This document shows positions 45,624 to 54,367 of a stretch of 55,297 bases of DNA, piece after piece. The translations under genes were made by a program, and so were the position numbers. Numbering within the stretch: position 1 is the stretch's first letter; every line of letters starts with the position of its first letter. This stretch comes from a virus (taxonomy: Duplodnaviria; Caudoviricetes), in the IMG/VR virus record IMGVR_UViG_3300014169_000008, positions 1 to 55,297 of that record; one strand, given 5' to 3'. The notes beneath the pieces are model-generated. The model searched no databases, was not told where the DNA came from, and saw only the letters and a list, made by a program, of their open reading frames with translations.

Positions 45624-46457
45624 TCATTTCTTGTTCATATCGAGGTTGATGAAAGGAACACTACCGCCGCTGACTTCCGGAAGCTTACCGTCCCACCGCA
45701 TGATCGCCTGGTACTGCACCAGCTCCGGTGACAGACTTTGCGCGATGATCGTATTAGCCTGAGCTTCCGCTTTGGCCTTGATCGTGCGGCTGTCAGCTTC
45801 ACCGGTCGCTTCGGCCACGGCCTTTTGAGCCTGGGCCTTCGACGTGGCGACTTCGTTCTCACGCTGTTGAGCCTGTTGTGTCGCCTGGATCTTCGCGTTG
45901 ATCGACGCCACGACCGTATCCGGCAGCGAGAAGGATCCGACGATCGAGATCTGATCGACCTTGATGCCCATCGGACCGATCTTATCAGATACGATCTTCT
46001 GAACATCGCCGAGGATCTTCGCTTTACCGGCGCCATACACATCGTCGATCGTGCGTGTGCTGCCGACAACGATCAGGGCATCGCGGATGATATTGTGGAT
46101 GTAGATGTCGGTAATCTCATCGAGACCTTTACGGTAAGTCTGGAACAGCACCGGCACTTTCTCCGCATCGACGGAATAGGATATGCTGATCGGCGCACCC
46201 ACCACCAGGCCCTCGACGGTTTGGAAAGAAAATTCTTCTTTCCCTTCCCATTTCCGGGTCTGCATAAAAGTAGGGAAAGTGTAGAGGCTCTTGCTGAACC
46301 CCACCCAATACCAACCTGTCGACAACACCTGATCGTTGACGCCTTTGTCACCACCCCAATTGTTGACCTTGATGCCGACGGCACCAACGGGAACCTTGTC
46401 GCAACTAGCGAGCGCGAGGAGCGCCAGGGCCGCGATAATCGTTTTTCTTCTTTTCAT
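45624..46457 (-). CDS. SPFH/Band 7 lipoprotein
   Basis: Lipobox LASC; VPVGAVGIKVN, INAKIQATQQAQQ, AEATGEAD, WDGKLP. Confidence 0.9.
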   Translation of the reverse strand: MKRRKTIIAALALLALASCDKVPVGAVGIKVNNWGGDKGVNDQVLSTGWYWVGFSKSLYTFPTFMQTRKWEGKEEFSFQTVEGLVVGAPISISYSVDAEKVPVLFQTYRKGLDEITDIYIHNIIRDALIVVGSTRTIDDVYGAGKAKILGDVQKIVSDKIGPMGIKVDQISIVGSFSLPDTVVASINAKIQATQQAQQRENEVATSKAQAQKAVAEATGEADSRTIKAKAEAQANTIIAQSLSPELVQYQAIMRWDGKLPEVSGGSVPFINLDMNKK

Positions 46458-46668
46458 TTTGTCCTCCGAGAGCGATGTAAATGTGCCGACTTACAATCCA
46501 GACCACTGGCGGCACTGACAGCAGAATGAGTACGCCCAGAACGGGCAGAAAAACATCATCGGCGGATATCAGACACGGTGTCAGAAATCCGACGATGATC
46601 ATAACGTAAAGCGCTAACAGGCATGCCTGAAAGTAGAGTTTAAGGTGCAGCTTGACGTTGGTGTCCAT
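46405..46668 (-). CDS. Two-TM membrane protein accompanying SPFH
   Basis: Two hydrophobic helices. Confidence 0.55.
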   Translation of the reverse strand: MDTNVKLHLKLYFQACLLALYVMIIVGFLTPCLISADDVFLPVLGVLILLSVPPVVWIVSRHIYIALGGQNEKKKNDYRGPGAPRAR

Positions 46669-46682
46669 TTGGTTTCTCCCTT

Positions 46683-46982
46683 TTATTTCGCCTCGACCAG
46701 ATCAAGATCGAGCTGGTTCGGATCGACGACGCGATCGGCAGACAACCGGGCATAGCCGGCAATGTCGGCCCAATTATCCTCGAGGTTCGGATCGCCGTTC
46801 AGAATGCGGCCGATCTTATGCGCGTTCATCTCCAGCGTTTCCTTCTGGTTCGCTGTCAGGCGATCCCAGCCTTTCTGCTTGCGCATCACGTCCTTGAGTT
46901 CCTGGCTGATCTCGGCGTGCGTGGTGTAGTCACCATAGATGGCACCGCGCTGTTTCAGCAATTCTTCGGTCTTGTCGGTCAT
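46683..46982 (-). CDS. DUF6378-like phage protein
   Basis: RGAIYGD...HKIGRILNGDP...WADIAGYA. Confidence 0.7.
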   Translation of the reverse strand: MTDKTEELLKQRGAIYGDYTTHAEISQELKDVMRKQKGWDRLTANQKETLEMNAHKIGRILNGDPNLEDNWADIAGYARLSADRVVDPNQLDLDLVEAK

Positions 46983-47509
46983 ACGATTTCTCCTCTTTGC
47001 ACCGCTAAACTGGTAGGCGGAGTTGGGCTTTCTGGTGCGTCAAAAGAATATCGGCCGCAAGCCGTCAAAACAGCGCAAAGCGCTGCTATAAGTATCAGTT
47101 GATAGAAATACGTCCACAAAGGCCGTGCACCCGCCACATTGGCTAACAGACTTACTATTTCCATTTTCTTTCCCGTAACGTTAATGACAACCGTAGCAGC
47201 GGGCCCTTCGCAGTCCTTGACTAGACGATCCACTTCGCTAGAAAATCCTAAACTGAATGCTGGTGCATGCTTAAGGCAACGCATCTTAGCAGCGTCAATT
47301 TTGTTTTTAATTTCTTCCGGAGCATCGATATATTGTTGGTGGTAACGAGTGAGGATTGCTTTTTCCCAGGCGAGAATAAGTAGTATTTCAGGCGGCAGAA
47401 TTTCTGGGTGCGCTAAACTCATCTGCGCACGTAAATTTATAGCCTGTTCAACTAGGATCTCGATTACTTTCTCACGCTCAAGTTTTCCTATTGTCATCAT
47501 CTCGGTCAT
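46979..47509 (-). CDS. Hypothetical protein with C-terminal hydrophobic segment
   Basis: ORF track; ATGA-coupled; lower GC. Confidence 0.5.
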   Translation of the reverse strand: MTEMMTIGKLEREKVIEILVEQAINLRAQMSLAHPEILPPEILLILAWEKAILTRYHQQYIDAPEEIKNKIDAAKMRCLKHAPAFSLGFSSEVDRLVKDCEGPAATVVINVTGKKMEIVSLLANVAGARPLWTYFYQLILIAALCAVLTACGRYSFDAPESPTPPTSLAVQRGEIV

Positions 47510-47510
47510 T

Positions 47511-48689
47511 TTATTCCTCAACGATATCGAAGTCGGCCGCGGGGTTGGAGTCATAAGTCGGCCTGGGATCGCTGGCGCGCGCCACAGACGGCTTGCCTGA
47601 TTTCTGCGTGATAAATTTCTTAATGCGGTCCCACTTCTTCGGGTTCGCCTTGAGTTGCTTTTCCATCTGCGCCGGGGTTTTGAGTGAGGACTTATACATT
47701 TCGTCCTGCGTCAGGCGCATGGCCTTACATTCCTTCTCGACTTCGGCTTCGTCGGTATAGGAACGATTGCCCTTCTTGCCTTCGACCAGCTTCCAGCCAT
47801 CGACCGGCCGGCCGGCGAGCAATTCGATTTCCACTTTCGATCGCACGCCCTTGATCCAGAGCTCGATGAGATCGGTCTTCTCCATAGCCGCGCCAAGGTT
47901 GACGGGCTCGGTTAGTTCATTTTGGGTCACGTCATCAAAGTCCGCGCCTGTTGCTTGGACGACAACCGCTGCCAGCGCCGGGCATTTGGCTTTCGCTTTG
48001 CAAAACTTGCAGGAAGATTTACTTGGGTTGAAAAAACCTTCGAGGCTATTACTTTTTTGAGCTTCCCGGACACGAGCTGCGGCCTCTTTAACCCTAGCGC
48101 CAAAAGCCCCCAGTGATGTGATGTCAGTTTCCCATTCGTCTTCGTGTTCGAGCCGGGGCTGGTGGACGTGCAATTTAACTTTTTTGAAATCGCCGAACAT
48201 GGCGAATTGGTTCAAGGCGCCAAGCGCGTACATTTGCAACTGCTCGTTCTCATAAGCATCGACGCGCACGCCGAGGCCGTATTTGAGATCGATGACGTGC
48301 ATGTAATCGCCGTTGTCGGCCATGATAATGGCGTCGGCTGTCCCCTTAGCACCTTCTTCGCCTGTGATCCAGCCGATCTCGACGCGCTGCTCGAACATCA
48401 TGTCCTGACCAGCGCCACGGGCGAGCACGTAGTCGACGTAATCCTGGACATAATCGGCCATCTCGCGTGAGACCGGCTTCTCAATTCCTTGGTAATTAAT
48501 GGTCTCAACGTTTTTAGCGTCGAGTTTATTAATCAGGCAATGTGCGGCAACAGCGTGAGCAAACGAGCCTTCCGCAGCGAATTCGCTTTCAACATCCGGC
48601 TCGGCCGCCTCTAAAACGACGGAGCCAGCACAACGCATCCATCTGTGAGCGCCGGACGGTGAAAGAAGCGCATGAGCTTCATCGGCCAT
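47511..48689 (-). CDS. DUF2800 Cas4/RecB-like exonuclease
   Basis: [53 protein letters not shown]. Confidence 0.9.
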   Translation of the reverse strand: MADEAHALLSPSGAHRWMRCAGSVVLEAAEPDVESEFAAEGSFAHAVAAHCLINKLDAKNVETINYQGIEKPVSREMADYVQDYVDYVLARGAGQDMMFEQRVEIGWITGEEGAKGTADAIIMADNGDYMHVIDLKYGLGVRVDAYENEQLQMYALGALNQFAMFGDFKKVKLHVHQPRLEHEDEWETDITSLGAFGARVKEAAARVREAQKSNSLEGFFNPSKSSCKFCKAKAKCPALAAVVVQATGADFDDVTQNELTEPVNLGAAMEKTDLIELWIKGVRSKVEIELLAGRPVDGWKLVEGKKGNRSYTDEAEVEKECKAMRLTQDEMYKSSLKTPAQMEKQLKANPKKWDRIKKFITQKSGKPSVARASDPRPTYDSNPAADFDIVEE

Positions 48690-48740
48690 AACAATGATCC
48701 ATTTATTAGAGAGGACGGCGGGTAGGCGTAGGCGGGAGGC

Positions 48741-49142
48741 TTAGTCGAGGGCTTTGTTACAGGCGGCGATGAAGGCGGCGAAATTCTTCTCATCAAACTC
48801 ACGCGTGAGCTTTTCGATTTTAAACTTTTCAAGAACCGCAACAGTTGCAGCTCTTCCTTTCAGCTTATTGACTTTCAGCAGCGCTTGTTTAACGTCGTCG
48901 AAAGTTGGAGCGGCCGATGTTTCTTCGGCGCCGTCTTCTTCCGCATCATCAGCTTCCTCAACCGGCGCCGCAGCGGGTTTTTCAGCCTTCGCGGGAGCCG
49001 GTGTTTTCGCCGGTGTCGCTTGTGCTTTCGGAGGTTTCGCTGTTTCAGTAGCGCGTGTGACGGCGGGAATATCTTTGTTACGTGTGAGGAATTCCTGGAG
49101 CTCTTCGAGGCTTTCAAAGTGCAGGGCGATGTGAGCGATCAT
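48741..49142 (-). CDS. APSE-module hypothetical protein (Ala/Pro/Glu linker plus helical C-terminal domain)
   Basis: First gene of the leftward replication operon; TFDDVKQAL...VLEKF. Confidence 0.65.
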   Translation of the reverse strand: MIAHIALHFESLEELQEFLTRNKDIPAVTRATETAKPPKAQATPAKTPAPAKAEKPAAAPVEEADDAEEDGAEETSAAPTFDDVKQALLKVNKLKGRAATVAVLEKFKIEKLTREFDEKNFAAFIAACNKALD

Positions 49143-49185
49143 GTGAATTTTCCTATTCGGGAGGGGTAACTGACGACTTAATTCC

Positions 49186-49214
49186 GATCTAAACCTCGGC
49201 CGCTACACTGTCAA
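49186..49214 (-). promoter_or_regulatory. Sigma70-like promoter for the replication operon
   Basis: TTGACA-N17-TAGATC on the minus strand in an AT-rich divergent intergenic region. Confidence 0.65.
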
Positions 49215-49308
49215 TATATTTTTTTTCAATACATATCTATTGAGTTTTTTATAAATTAGGCATAAGTATTTTGACTCTCCCCCGTCCGCTTCCCCAGCGA
49301 GGTCGATA

Positions 49309-49512
49309 ATGTCAAGTGCTGAACTGATCGTGATTGATGAACTTAGAAAGCTTCTAAAAACAAAACTCGGTCTAAAAAAACTATCACGCGCTTCAATTTA
49401 TAATTGGGTGAAGACGCGTGACTTGCCACCACCGACAGCATTCGGTATCCCGCGAAAGTGGAGGCGGACTGAAATCGATGAATGGGTGCGACAGCAGATA
49501 AAAGGAAAATAA
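49309..49512 (+). CDS. AlpA/excisionase-like HTH protein
   Basis: LSRASIYNWVKTRDLPPP...RKWRRTEIDEW. Confidence 0.8.
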   Translation: MSSAELIVIDELRKLLKTKLGLKKLSRASIYNWVKTRDLPPPTAFGIPRKWRRTEIDEWVRQQIKGK

Positions 49513-49539
49513 TCTGTCCCTCTTTCGTCGAGCGCCCGC

Positions 49540-51567
49540 ATGCCAAAAGAACATATTGATTTATCACCCGCATTGGACGCGTTGGTACTGCGTGTACGCC
49601 CAGACATAAGCTGGCGCAAACATAAAGGTAAAACCGTTTGCCAACGCGGTGTTCCTATAACCCAGAAACGCGTCAAAGAACATTTGAGGGGGGGACCGGC
49701 GCTCGGCGCGTGCCCGATTAAAGAGGGGGAATCCACCACTGAGATAGCTCTACTTGATCTGGACTCGCACAAAGGGGACGTAGCTTGGTCTGAAATGGAA
49801 ACGCACATTATGAAAGTGTGCGAACATTTTGAGCGGGAAGGATTATACCCGATTGCTTTCCGCTCATCGGGCGGCAAAGGCGCTCACATTTATTTCGTAT
49901 GGGCCGACCCCCAGGACGCCCGTTCAGTTCGCGAGTTCTTGCGAGAAGGCATCGAAAAGCTCGGCTATACCCCCGGCACAAAAGGCGTCGGGGCGAAAAC
50001 GATCGAGATCTTCCCGAAACAGGATAATGTGCCCGCTGGTGGATCCGGAAGTCAATTTATCCTCCCTCTCTCGGGGGAAAGCGCGCCCCTAGATCCTATG
50101 CTCGGTTACACGCCGGGCGCGCGTGAAGATGCGCTCGCAATCGACTGGAAATGTTCGAAACCAATTCCGAAAATCGCGCTCATCGAAAAGGTGGCGAAAA
50201 AAGAAATACGGCGATACGACGGAGATCTCGGCGAGTTGCAAGAAATGCTGGAGAACATACCTAATGAAACCGCCGATTATGAAAAATGGGTTTCGCTAGG
50301 AATGGCAATCCACGCCGAGACCGAAGGATCCGACGAAGGGCTCGAATTATGGGAAGCCTGGTCTGAACGCTGTCCCGATTACAGCGGCTATGAAGAGCTC
50401 TCTTACAAATGGGGTTCTTTCCGCAGCGACAAAGCGAATGTGCTCACCGTCGGCTATATCAAAAATCTCGCGGAGAATTCCGGCTGGCATGAAGATTACG
50501 CCGCCGACTTCGAAGACATCAGCACGCCCGAAGACGATAAGGTGAAACCTGAACGGTTGCGCTATACCCGGATCCGCGCCGACGATTACCGCAATCGGCC
50601 GCCGGTTAAATGGCTTATCAAGAAAATCCTGCCACGTGGCGAGACCATGGCTTACGGCGCGTCGATCGCCGGTAAAACTTTCGTTATGCTCGATATCGCG
50701 TGCCATATCGCAATGGGCATGGACTGGAACGGTTATAAAACCAATCGCGGCAAAGTCGTCTATATCTGCGCAGAAGGCGCCGGCGGTTTAACGTCACGCC
50801 TGAAAGCCTGGGCGAACCATCACAAGGTGAGCTGGAAAGAGCTCGGCGACTGGCTGCACATCATCCCCGAGACACCGAATTTTCTCGATGAGAAAGATGT
50901 CCATTATCTTGCGAAGCGCCTCAAGGAACAGGACACGACGGATCTGATCATCGTCGATACCTTCGCCCAGGTTACGGCCGGGGCGGATGAGAACTCCGGC
51001 AAGGATATGGGCCTTGCGTTGAGCCTGACGAAGAAGCTCGCCAATACGTTGAAGTCCGCTTATTGCCTGATCCACCACACCGGTAAAAACGAGGAACGTG
51101 GCGCCCGCGGCTGGTCCGGTCTGAAAGGCCAGCTCGACGCTTTATTCTATATCTATCGCGAGGGAGAAAAGCGGAGCTTCTGGATCGATAAGATGAAAGA
51201 CGATCGCGATAGCTTCGGTTTTGATTTCAACCTCGCCAATGCCGTGGTGGGAACGGATGAAGACGGCGACGCGATTGAGTCCTGCTTTGTCGAATACGCC
51301 GGCGAAGCGATTGCCAAGGCCAAAGGCCGCTCGAAGAATAAACGCGGCGTGTGGGAAAATACCGTGCTCGATATTATCAACGAGATGGAAGTCGCCGGCG
51401 AAGAAATGTCGATCAACAATTTACTCGATACAGTACAGGCCCGCACGCCTTATGATAAAAAGAAAAAAGATCGCCGCCGCGAAGCCACCATGCGCGCGCT
51501 GACATCGCTCAAAAAGAATGGCGAGATCTCGCTCAACGGCGACATGATTTCAACCGATTTAGGTTAG
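49540..51567 (+). CDS. Primase-helicase (AEP-like primase, PriCT-2 and AAA_25/RepA-type helicase)
   Basis: LLDLDSH, RSSGGKGAHIYF; YEKWVSLGMAIH...WEAWS (PriCT-2); GASIAGKT, IIVDT, IHHTGK, GARGWS. Confidence 0.9.
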   Translation: MPKEHIDLSPALDALVLRVRPDISWRKHKGKTVCQRGVPITQKRVKEHLRGGPALGACPIKEGESTTEIALLDLDSHKGDVAWSEMETHIMKVCEHFEREGLYPIAFRSSGGKGAHIYFVWADPQDARSVREFLREGIEKLGYTPGTKGVGAKTIEIFPKQDNVPAGGSGSQFILPLSGESAPLDPMLGYTPGAREDALAIDWKCSKPIPKIALIEKVAKKEIRRYDGDLGELQEMLENIPNETADYEKWVSLGMAIHAETEGSDEGLELWEAWSERCPDYSGYEELSYKWGSFRSDKANVLTVGYIKNLAENSGWHEDYAADFEDISTPEDDKVKPERLRYTRIRADDYRNRPPVKWLIKKILPRGETMAYGASIAGKTFVMLDIACHIAMGMDWNGYKTNRGKVVYICAEGAGGLTSRLKAWANHHKVSWKELGDWLHIIPETPNFLDEKDVHYLAKRLKEQDTTDLIIVDTFAQVTAGADENSGKDMGLALSLTKKLANTLKSAYCLIHHTGKNEERGARGWSGLKGQLDALFYIYREGEKRSFWIDKMKDDRDSFGFDFNLANAVVGTDEDGDAIESCFVEYAGEAIAKAKGRSKNKRGVWENTVLDIINEMEVAGEEMSINNLLDTVQARTPYDKKKKDRRREATMRALTSLKKNGEISLNGDMISTDLG

Positions 51568-51569
51568 TG

Positions 51570-51643
51570 TGGATGCCACAGATGGATTCGAACCATCGTT
51601 ATCTGATCCAAAGTCAGATGTCCTACCGCTAGACGACGCGGCA
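51570..51643 (-). tRNA. trnQ: tRNA-Gln (TTG anticodon), CCA encoded
   Basis: Minus strand TGCCGCG...TCTGA-CTTTGGA-TCAGA...GATGG-TTCGAAT-CCATC-TGTGGCA-T-CCA; canonical 74-nt cloverleaf. Confidence 0.92.
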
Positions 51644-52042
51644 GGAGGTTGTCGCTCAACGCTTTGCATCGCGAGCCTCAAGAGCTTCGATGATTGTAGC
51701 GTTTTCTTTTTTTCAATTCGTCAGAGAACGACGCGACGAGCTCGTGGAGCGGCGGAAAAGCTTTTGAGTTGATAAACCCTTCATTGCTGAGGTCGCCGCC
51801 GCATGATCGAGGCAAACAGTTCCGAGCGATCTGGAGGCGGCTGCAAGGTCTTTCGAGTTGTGGTTTGTGTCATCTGTCTGGCTCCATCATCCGGTGAATT
51901 TGATGCTGCACGTTGCCTAAGAAGTAAATCGCGGTTCTCACATTCAGCGGCGGCTCATCAGCGTTGACCTCGATAGTCAGGGTTCCTTCAGGGAACGTCC
52001 ACACTTCCTTGCGAGAATACTTATCGGGAAAGTTTACGACCG

Positions 52043-52264
52043 TCATGCTGCCTCCAATTTTGTAAAGCGTTCAGATATTTGGATGGCCTCGTTTGTAACC
52101 GCCCGGATTTCTTTCCGTGAACAATCGCAACTATCAATTAGACCGGCAATCGTGCATTGCATGACGAGCCGGTAATCCATTCCGACGCTTGAGCAAAACT
52201 CAAGATAGTCGTTGAACAGTTGATTGGCCTTCATCATCATCTGATCTTCGGTGGTTTCAGTCAT
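52043..52264 (-). CDS. Hypothetical protein
   Basis: SD GGAG; ATGA-coupled to a downstream 58-aa ORF. Confidence 0.55.
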   Translation of the reverse strand: MTETTEDQMMMKANQLFNDYLEFCSSVGMDYRLVMQCTIAGLIDSCDCSRKEIRAVTNEAIQISERFTKLEAA

Positions 52265-52389
52265 GGCCTGTACTCCAAATGAAGTTTGTAATCTCGGTGC
52301 CCGTCAAGAAATTCGACAAATTGCGCTGCGGCTTCGATTGCTTCATCCCATATTTGATCCACTGACTTTTCCACCACAACCCCCATTAA

Positions 52390-53205
52390 TCACCAAGGGT
52401 CTAATCTCTCGATTGTCTTACGGAAGAGCTGGTTCAGCAATTCGACCGGCAACGCGCGCGGTGAGAAACCGTTCACGATGTCATGCCCCATATCGAACCA
52501 GTGTTTGATGAAATTGTCGAGCACAGGCGAGTTGTAATCGCTCTGTTCTTTCGACGCCGCCAGTTTCAAGGCTAGCAGCTTTTTGATCTCGCGCTTCAAT
52601 TCGTGATCGAGCGGCTGCGCCATCAATTCGGTGAAGACAATCGGCGGCAGTTTATTTGGATTACTCTGCATCCACATGATCGCGAGGATTGGCCTGAGCG
52701 CGTAGAAATACCGCTTCATGGTGTACTCGCCCATAAAATCGGATAGGTATTTCCCGCGAATGTTACGCATAAAATTGATGTAGTGGTGTGCAAGCGCGCG
52801 TGGTGAGAAGTGATCCACCATGATGGAACGGAGCTCGGCGCGGAAGCCGATAGGATCGGCATAGACGATTGGTGAGTTGAGCCATTCGATGAGGCTTGGG
52901 TTCGACTTTTCCGCCAGCAACAAAGCCTTACGGAGATCCCAGCCGGCATAATCTAAAACTTCGGAGTGTTTGTATTGAATGTCTTGAAGGCCATCGTGCA
53001 GGGCGATATATTTTTCGACGGGTTTGCAGAAGATAAACCGCACGTCGTAATCGCTGTCGGCGGAATGAAAACCCCAGGCGCGACTTCCGCTTTCTGCGGC
53101 GAACACCATTGAGAGCTGTTTTGCCCCAAGCCTTATATTCAGATCGTGCATTATGCCGGTGCCAGTGTGGGTTAAATGCGACGCTGTTACGATCTCACCA
53201 TTCAT
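52390..53205 (-). CDS. Pol-beta superfamily nucleotidyltransferase (PF10127/YcgL/RlaP-like)
   Basis: ESGSRAWGFHSADSDYDVRFIF (GS..DxD), GWDLRKALLL.KSNPSLIEWL.SP, KRYFYALRP. Confidence 0.88.
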   Translation of the reverse strand: MNGEIVTASHLTHTGTGIMHDLNIRLGAKQLSMVFAAESGSRAWGFHSADSDYDVRFIFCKPVEKYIALHDGLQDIQYKHSEVLDYAGWDLRKALLLAEKSNPSLIEWLNSPIVYADPIGFRAELRSIMVDHFSPRALAHHYINFMRNIRGKYLSDFMGEYTMKRYFYALRPILAIMWMQSNPNKLPPIVFTELMAQPLDHELKREIKKLLALKLAASKEQSDYNSPVLDNFIKHWFDMGHDIVNGFSPRALPVELLNQLFRKTIERLDPW

Positions 53206-53636
53206 TTGAATTGTTCCTTTACCTTGTGCGCGTTCTCGATAGCGATGTGAAAGGCTTCATAAGGCGTTTGGCCAAATTGTAAACATTACGGGGCCAAAAC
53301 GCAAGCGTGAATGATAACGCCACAACAAAGCCTATTAAAGCCGATGTTAATCCCATTATTATCCAATTCATATTACCCTCACCTTTTCCCCGTCATAGAT
53401 GATAAAGCACTCGATGTCGGCGTGGTTCGAGACGACTTCGAATGTTCCGCCGACGCTATCGGCGAGTTTCTGCGCGAACGGAAAGCCCGCGCTTATGTTG
53501 CCGGTGTTGCGCATGCCCGCCGCCGAGCGATAGAGCTTGCCCGCCACCTTGCATATATCCAAAGGTTCCTGGCTCGGCCGGCGCTGCCCGATATTGACCG
53601 CGAGCAAGCAGATATTTTGCGCTTCTAAACCCATGC

Positions 53637-53864
53637 TCATTGTTTTGTCCGCCTCATGGCCGTTTGCTTTTCCTTGATGTCTACGAGAGCCTTCATCAGG
53701 TTCTCGCTATCCCCGTTCAGCATAATGACGGTAATGACAGGCACGACGTTTTCACGCGGCTGGCCGTTTTGATCCTCAATCCGTTCTTCCATAAAGTCGA
53801 CCCGCGTCATGAAATCGTCACGCGTGATCGAGAAGCGGTTGATAAAAAGTGATGGATTAGCCAT
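53637..53864 (-). CDS. Hypothetical protein
   Basis: SD GAGG; MANPSLFINRFSI. Confidence 0.55.
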   Translation of the reverse strand: MANPSLFINRFSITRDDFMTRVDFMEERIEDQNGQPRENVVPVITVIMLNGDSENLMKALVDIKEKQTAMRRTKQ

Positions 53865-53903
53865 TTTGTTATTAGCCTCATCAGTGCAAGTTCTTACCTG
53901 CAT

Positions 53904-53926
53904 ACCGGCGGCATCGTGCCGCCGGT
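53904..53926. other. Perfect 10-bp GC-rich hairpin between genes
   Basis: ACCGGCGGCA-TCG-TGCCGCCGGT; no U-tract on the coding (minus) strand. Confidence 0.5.
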
Positions 53927-53932
53927 TTCGGC

Positions 53933-54352
53933 TTAGTCAGCTACTTGCACCCATCCGTCTACAGTCTGTTCTTCACGAATGCCCCGGATGTAATCGCCCG
54001 GCGGAAGGACAACAGCCTTATGCGTATCGGCGTCGCGTTTATGCACCAGCGCGCATTCCTGGAAGAGTTTCAGCTCGATGAATGTATCGTTAGCCTGATC
54101 CACCAATGCCTGAGCCGCTTTCGAGATCGAGACCTTCTTCGCTACAGGTTCAAGAACGTGATGGTGACCAGTCTCACTATGGCCGAGGATCATCATTCCT
54201 TTTTCCAAAGGCATTGGTTTAAGGTTTTTCAGTTTTGCGAGGCCATCGACGATGGCTTTAGGTGCAAACTTTTTCATCCAGATCAAGACTTCGCCTTGAG
54301 CGAACGGCTTGCCGGCTGAAAACATTTCTTCAGTGAGGTGTAGGATCTTCAT
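53933..54352 (-). CDS. His-motif hypothetical protein, neighbour of the DUF6745-like gene
   Basis: AQGEV, LGHSETGHHHVL, LVHKR...THKAVVLPPGDY...REE; SD AAGGAG. Confidence 0.7.
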   Translation of the reverse strand: MKILHLTEEMFSAGKPFAQGEVLIWMKKFAPKAIVDGLAKLKNLKPMPLEKGMMILGHSETGHHHVLEPVAKKVSISKAAQALVDQANDTFIELKLFQECALVHKRDADTHKAVVLPPGDYIRGIREEQTVDGWVQVAD

Positions 54353-54367
54353 CGTCAGTCTCCTTGG

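Noticed and set aside
47511-48689. Cas4 as part of a CRISPR-Cas system
   Set aside because: It is the DUF2800 nuclease in its usual position with SSB and PolA; no cas1/cas2 or array
49309-49512. Evidence of an integrated prophage
   Set aside because: An AlpA-like HTH alone is insufficient; no integrase, att duplication or host genes in the window, so lifestyle is undetermined
51569-51772. ORF MDATDGFEPSLSDPKSDVLPLDD
   Set aside because: Typical spurious translation of the antisense strand of a tRNA gene
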